NCBI GenBank assembly: GCA_001552015.1
Contig: CP010514.1
Coordinates: 480,001-512,000, forward strand
Source of the DNA: Candidatus Nanopusillus acidilobi
GTDB lineage: Archaea; Nanobdellota; Nanobdellia; Nanobdellales; Nanobdellaceae
Reading direction: 5' to 3'
Length of the DNA: 32,000 bases
Shown: positions 30,272 through 32,000 of the stretch, piece after piece
Layout of the letters: every line of letters starts with the position of its first letter
How positions within the stretch are numbered: position 1 is the stretch's first letter
Notes under the pieces: generated by a model
What the model was told of the DNA's origin: nothing
The model's database searches: none
What the model saw: only the letters and a program-made list of their open reading frames with translations
Position numbers and translations under genes: made by a program

Positions 30272-31423
30272 TTATATTCTAAACTCCCATTCCCACATTT
30301 CCTTTGCTAACTTTCCATCATACATAAACTTATCAATATTAATATTCTTTCTTCTTTCTTGTATTTTACTTAGAAATTCCCATATCTTATTAACAGTATA
30401 TTCTTTCAATTCTCCTGTTGTTAATTCACCCATAATATATTTCTCCCTTATTTCCTTTAATTTATTATCATCTTCTTCAAATAATACAGATAACCAAAAA
30501 TATGAAACATCAATATCAGGATTTCCTCCATATTTTCTATGTTCTTCTAATGTACTTCTTCCACCAGAAAATGCATATTTAAATATTTTATATTTTATTG
30601 TATCATAATCATCATCAACAAATATAGCAGATTTTGGATCTGAGGCACTCATTTTTGTATATGGACCTTGTAATCCCCATACAAATTTTGATAAAATTGT
30701 AGAAGCTTTATAATATCCAAATTTTTCCGCAATATCTCTTTGTAATCTAAAATATGGATCTTGATCAATTCCACATGGAATCAACGGAATATTTCTTTCA
30801 AAGAATGTTGGAACAATTTGCAATGCAATATAAAATGGTAAACCAATTGTTGAACTATCATCAAATCCAAAAACAGATTTTGCAGTATTTAAATTTATTT
30901 CTCTTGCAATATAAATTGCAGCTTTATACATGTTTTTTATATATTCTGAATCTATAAATATGAATGTTTTATCAGGATCAAATCCTAAAGCTGCTATTGT
31001 TTTTGCATCTTCTAATGCATATTCTCTTATTTCTTCATAATTATTCGCTTTCTTTTCCCAATATTTTTCTTCATCAGGTATTTGTATATATACATTTACA
31101 TTAAATTTTTCTTGAAACCATTTAGTTAATAAAAATGGAATTAAATGACCAATATGCATCTTACTTTTAGAAGGTGCCCTTCCAGTATATAGAAAAAACC
31201 TTTTTCCCTCAATATATTTATTTAATAATAAATCAAAATCTCTATGCGCATAGAAAAATTTTCTTCTTAATAAAACATGTAAATCACCAGTTAGATATTT
31301 TAAATTATTTAATATAACATCATCAATTTCTTTAACACCAAAGAATTTTATTAATCTTTCATAATCTTTTTCTTCCTTTATATTTACATCATATATATTT
31401 ATAATATCTTTATATTCATTCAT
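30272..31423 (-). CDS. trpS: Tryptophanyl-tRNA synthetase (archaeal/eukaryotic type)
   Basis: 383 aa. LYTGRAPSKSKMHIGHLIPF (HIGH), QIPDEEKYW and KMSASDP (KMSKS variant) are present. The length and the N-terminal FG...RR-FF-HRDFD pattern fit TrpRS rather than TyrRS. Confidence 0.85.
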   Translation of the reverse strand: MNEYKDIINIYDVNIKEEKDYERLIKFFGVKEIDDVILNNLKYLTGDLHVLLRRKFFYAHRDFDLLLNKYIEGKRFFLYTGRAPSKSKMHIGHLIPFLLTKWFQEKFNVNVYIQIPDEEKYWEKKANNYEEIREYALEDAKTIAALGFDPDKTFIFIDSEYIKNMYKAAIYIAREINLNTAKSVFGFDDSSTIGLPFYIALQIVPTFFERNIPLIPCGIDQDPYFRLQRDIAEKFGYYKASTILSKFVWGLQGPYTKMSASDPKSAIFVDDDYDTIKYKIFKYAFSGGRSTLEEHRKYGGNPDIDVSYFWLSVLFEEDDNKLKEIREKYIMGELTTGELKEYTVNKIWEFLSKIQERRKNINIDKFMYDGKLAKEMWEWEFRI

Positions 31424-31455
31424 TTATCAAATATCAAAATTAATTATATAAATAT
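31424..31455. promoter_or_regulatory. 32-nt divergent spacer trpS / tRNA-Ser with opposed TATA-like boxes
   Basis: TTTATCAAA at 31423-31431 lies 25-33 nt upstream of tRNA-Ser +1 and touches the trpS start codon. ATTATATAAATAT at 31443-31455, read on the minus strand, lies about 20-32 nt upstream of the trpS ATG. This is a weak call in AT-rich DNA. Confidence 0.3.
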
Positions 31456-31539
31456 GCCGCGGTGCCCGAGCGGACCAAGGGGTATGGCTCGAGACCATAT
31501 CCCCGAAAGGGGGCGTGGGTTCAAATCCCACCCGCGGCG
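31456..31539 (+). tRNA. tRNA-Ser (anticodon CGA), type II with long variable arm, no encoded CCA
   Basis: Hand fold: acceptor GCCGCGG/CCGCGGC, anticodon stem TATGG/CCATA, loop CTCGAGA, variable arm TCCCCGAAAGGGGGC, T arm GTGGG-TTCAAAT-CCCAC, discriminator G. Confidence 0.9.
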
Positions 31540-31569
31540 CTTATAAAAATTTAAATTGAAAAATATAAA

Positions 31570-32000
31570 ATGGATGAAAATTTATCAGAATTCTTAAATA
31601 ACCTAAATATTTATTCAAAAATTGCATATATATCTAGTATTTTTGGTTTTTCATCATATTTATTATTTATAATTCTCTCTATTTTTTCCACATATAATAG
31701 TACTATGAGTCCATTTACATTAATATTTAGTCCATTTCTATCCTTATCAATATTATATATTTCTCTTAATTTAATTTCTCTAGGAACAATTTTAATTATA
31801 TTAATTATTATTTCAATTATTTCATACTTTATATCTATAGAATACTTAAAGAATATATTTAGGACAATTGAAAAAATAATAAATAAAGAATATTATCCAA
31901 ATAATTTGTTTTCAATAATATATATTGGAATACTTATATCTATTTTTATTACATATCCTGGATTAATAATTATTGGAATATCAAATTATTTAATATTAAA
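31570..32000 (+). CDS. Polytopic membrane protein, N-terminal part (runs off the right edge), function unknown
   Basis: My own translation from the ATG at 31570 is MDENLSEFLNNLNIYSKIAYISSIFGFSSYLLFIILSIF...LGTILIILIIISIISYFISIEY... It is stop-free to the window end and has several hydrophobic helices. Confidence 0.5.
   Translation, partial: MDENLSEFLNNLNIYSKIAYISSIFGFSSYLLFIILSIFSTYNSTMSPFTLIFSPFLSLSILYISLNLISLGTILIILIIISIISYFISIEYLKNIFRTIEKIINKEYYPNNLFSIIYIGILISIFITYPGLIIIGISNYLIL

Noticed and set aside
2069-30957. Remaining short track ORFs antisense to recognised genes: 2069-2368, 3776-3985, 4451-4642, 8560-8844, 9996-10190, 13833-14024, 14414-14596, 14802-14987, 15232-15450, 19253-19486, 21492-21692, 21870-22160, 22622-22876, 25950-26159, 27604-27795, 27923-28189, 28881-29105, 28910-29158, 30754-30957
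   Set aside because: Each is nested in, and antisense to or out of frame with, a gene that has clear family motifs. The products are low-complexity, and none has independent support.
1-32000. CRISPR arrays, IS elements, transposases, toxin-antitoxin or known defence-system genes
   Set aside because: I could not see any regularly spaced direct repeats, terminal inverted repeats, or transposase, integrase, Cas or nuclease motifs on either strand.

Overview
This window is a very AT-rich (by eye about 20-25% G+C), extremely compact archaeal chromosome segment. Most genes are 0-40 nt apart or overlap their neighbour, often as ATGA stop/start overlaps. The stable RNAs stand out as sharp GC-rich islands: tRNA-Ala, tRNA-Gly, tRNA-Ser, an orphan 5S rRNA, one textbook C/D-box sRNA and a second variant one. 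That contrast is what a thermophile with an AT-rich genome would show. There are about 50 protein genes, mostly housekeeping. They include FtsZ (partial), SepF, GatD, deoxyhypusine synthase, a circularly permuted GTPase, a tungsten-type aldehyde:ferredoxin oxidoreductase, UppS, GluRS, TrpRS, TruD, Pth2, a 2'-5' RNA ligase and a translin-like protein. Also present are RNA polymerase subunits E', Spt4 and P, prefoldin beta, RNase P Rpp21, ribosomal proteins S19e, L37Ae and L40e, and a rearranged S17-L14-L24-S4e-L5-L6-L32e block. A single-polypeptide PriS-PriL primase, the scrambled r-protein cluster, the orphan 5S and the compaction suggest a reduced Nanoarchaeota/DPANN-type genome; this is inference only, since no search was possible. 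My top candidate for something new is 8496-13240. There, a HerA/FtsK-superfamily ATPase is translationally coupled to a 746-aa protein and grouped with three 106-156-aa proteins. All four carry type-IV-prepilin-like N-termini and Asn/Tyr/Cys-rich, sequon-dense ectodomains, and the locus has no PilB/ArlI-type ATPase or PilC/ArlJ-type platform. Other items worth a look: a 1-nt frameshift in a T6 run that splits an M50 site-2 protease upstream of its HExxH motif; a C/D sRNA whose two box deviations fall on the same k-turn pair; an unexplained 52-nt GC island; an unusual tRNA-Ala; a tandem pair of unknown, apparently paralogous proteins; and promoter geometry implying leaderless mRNAs and near-leaderless tRNAs. 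All functional calls come from by-eye motif recognition in the translations and none has been verified by a database search.
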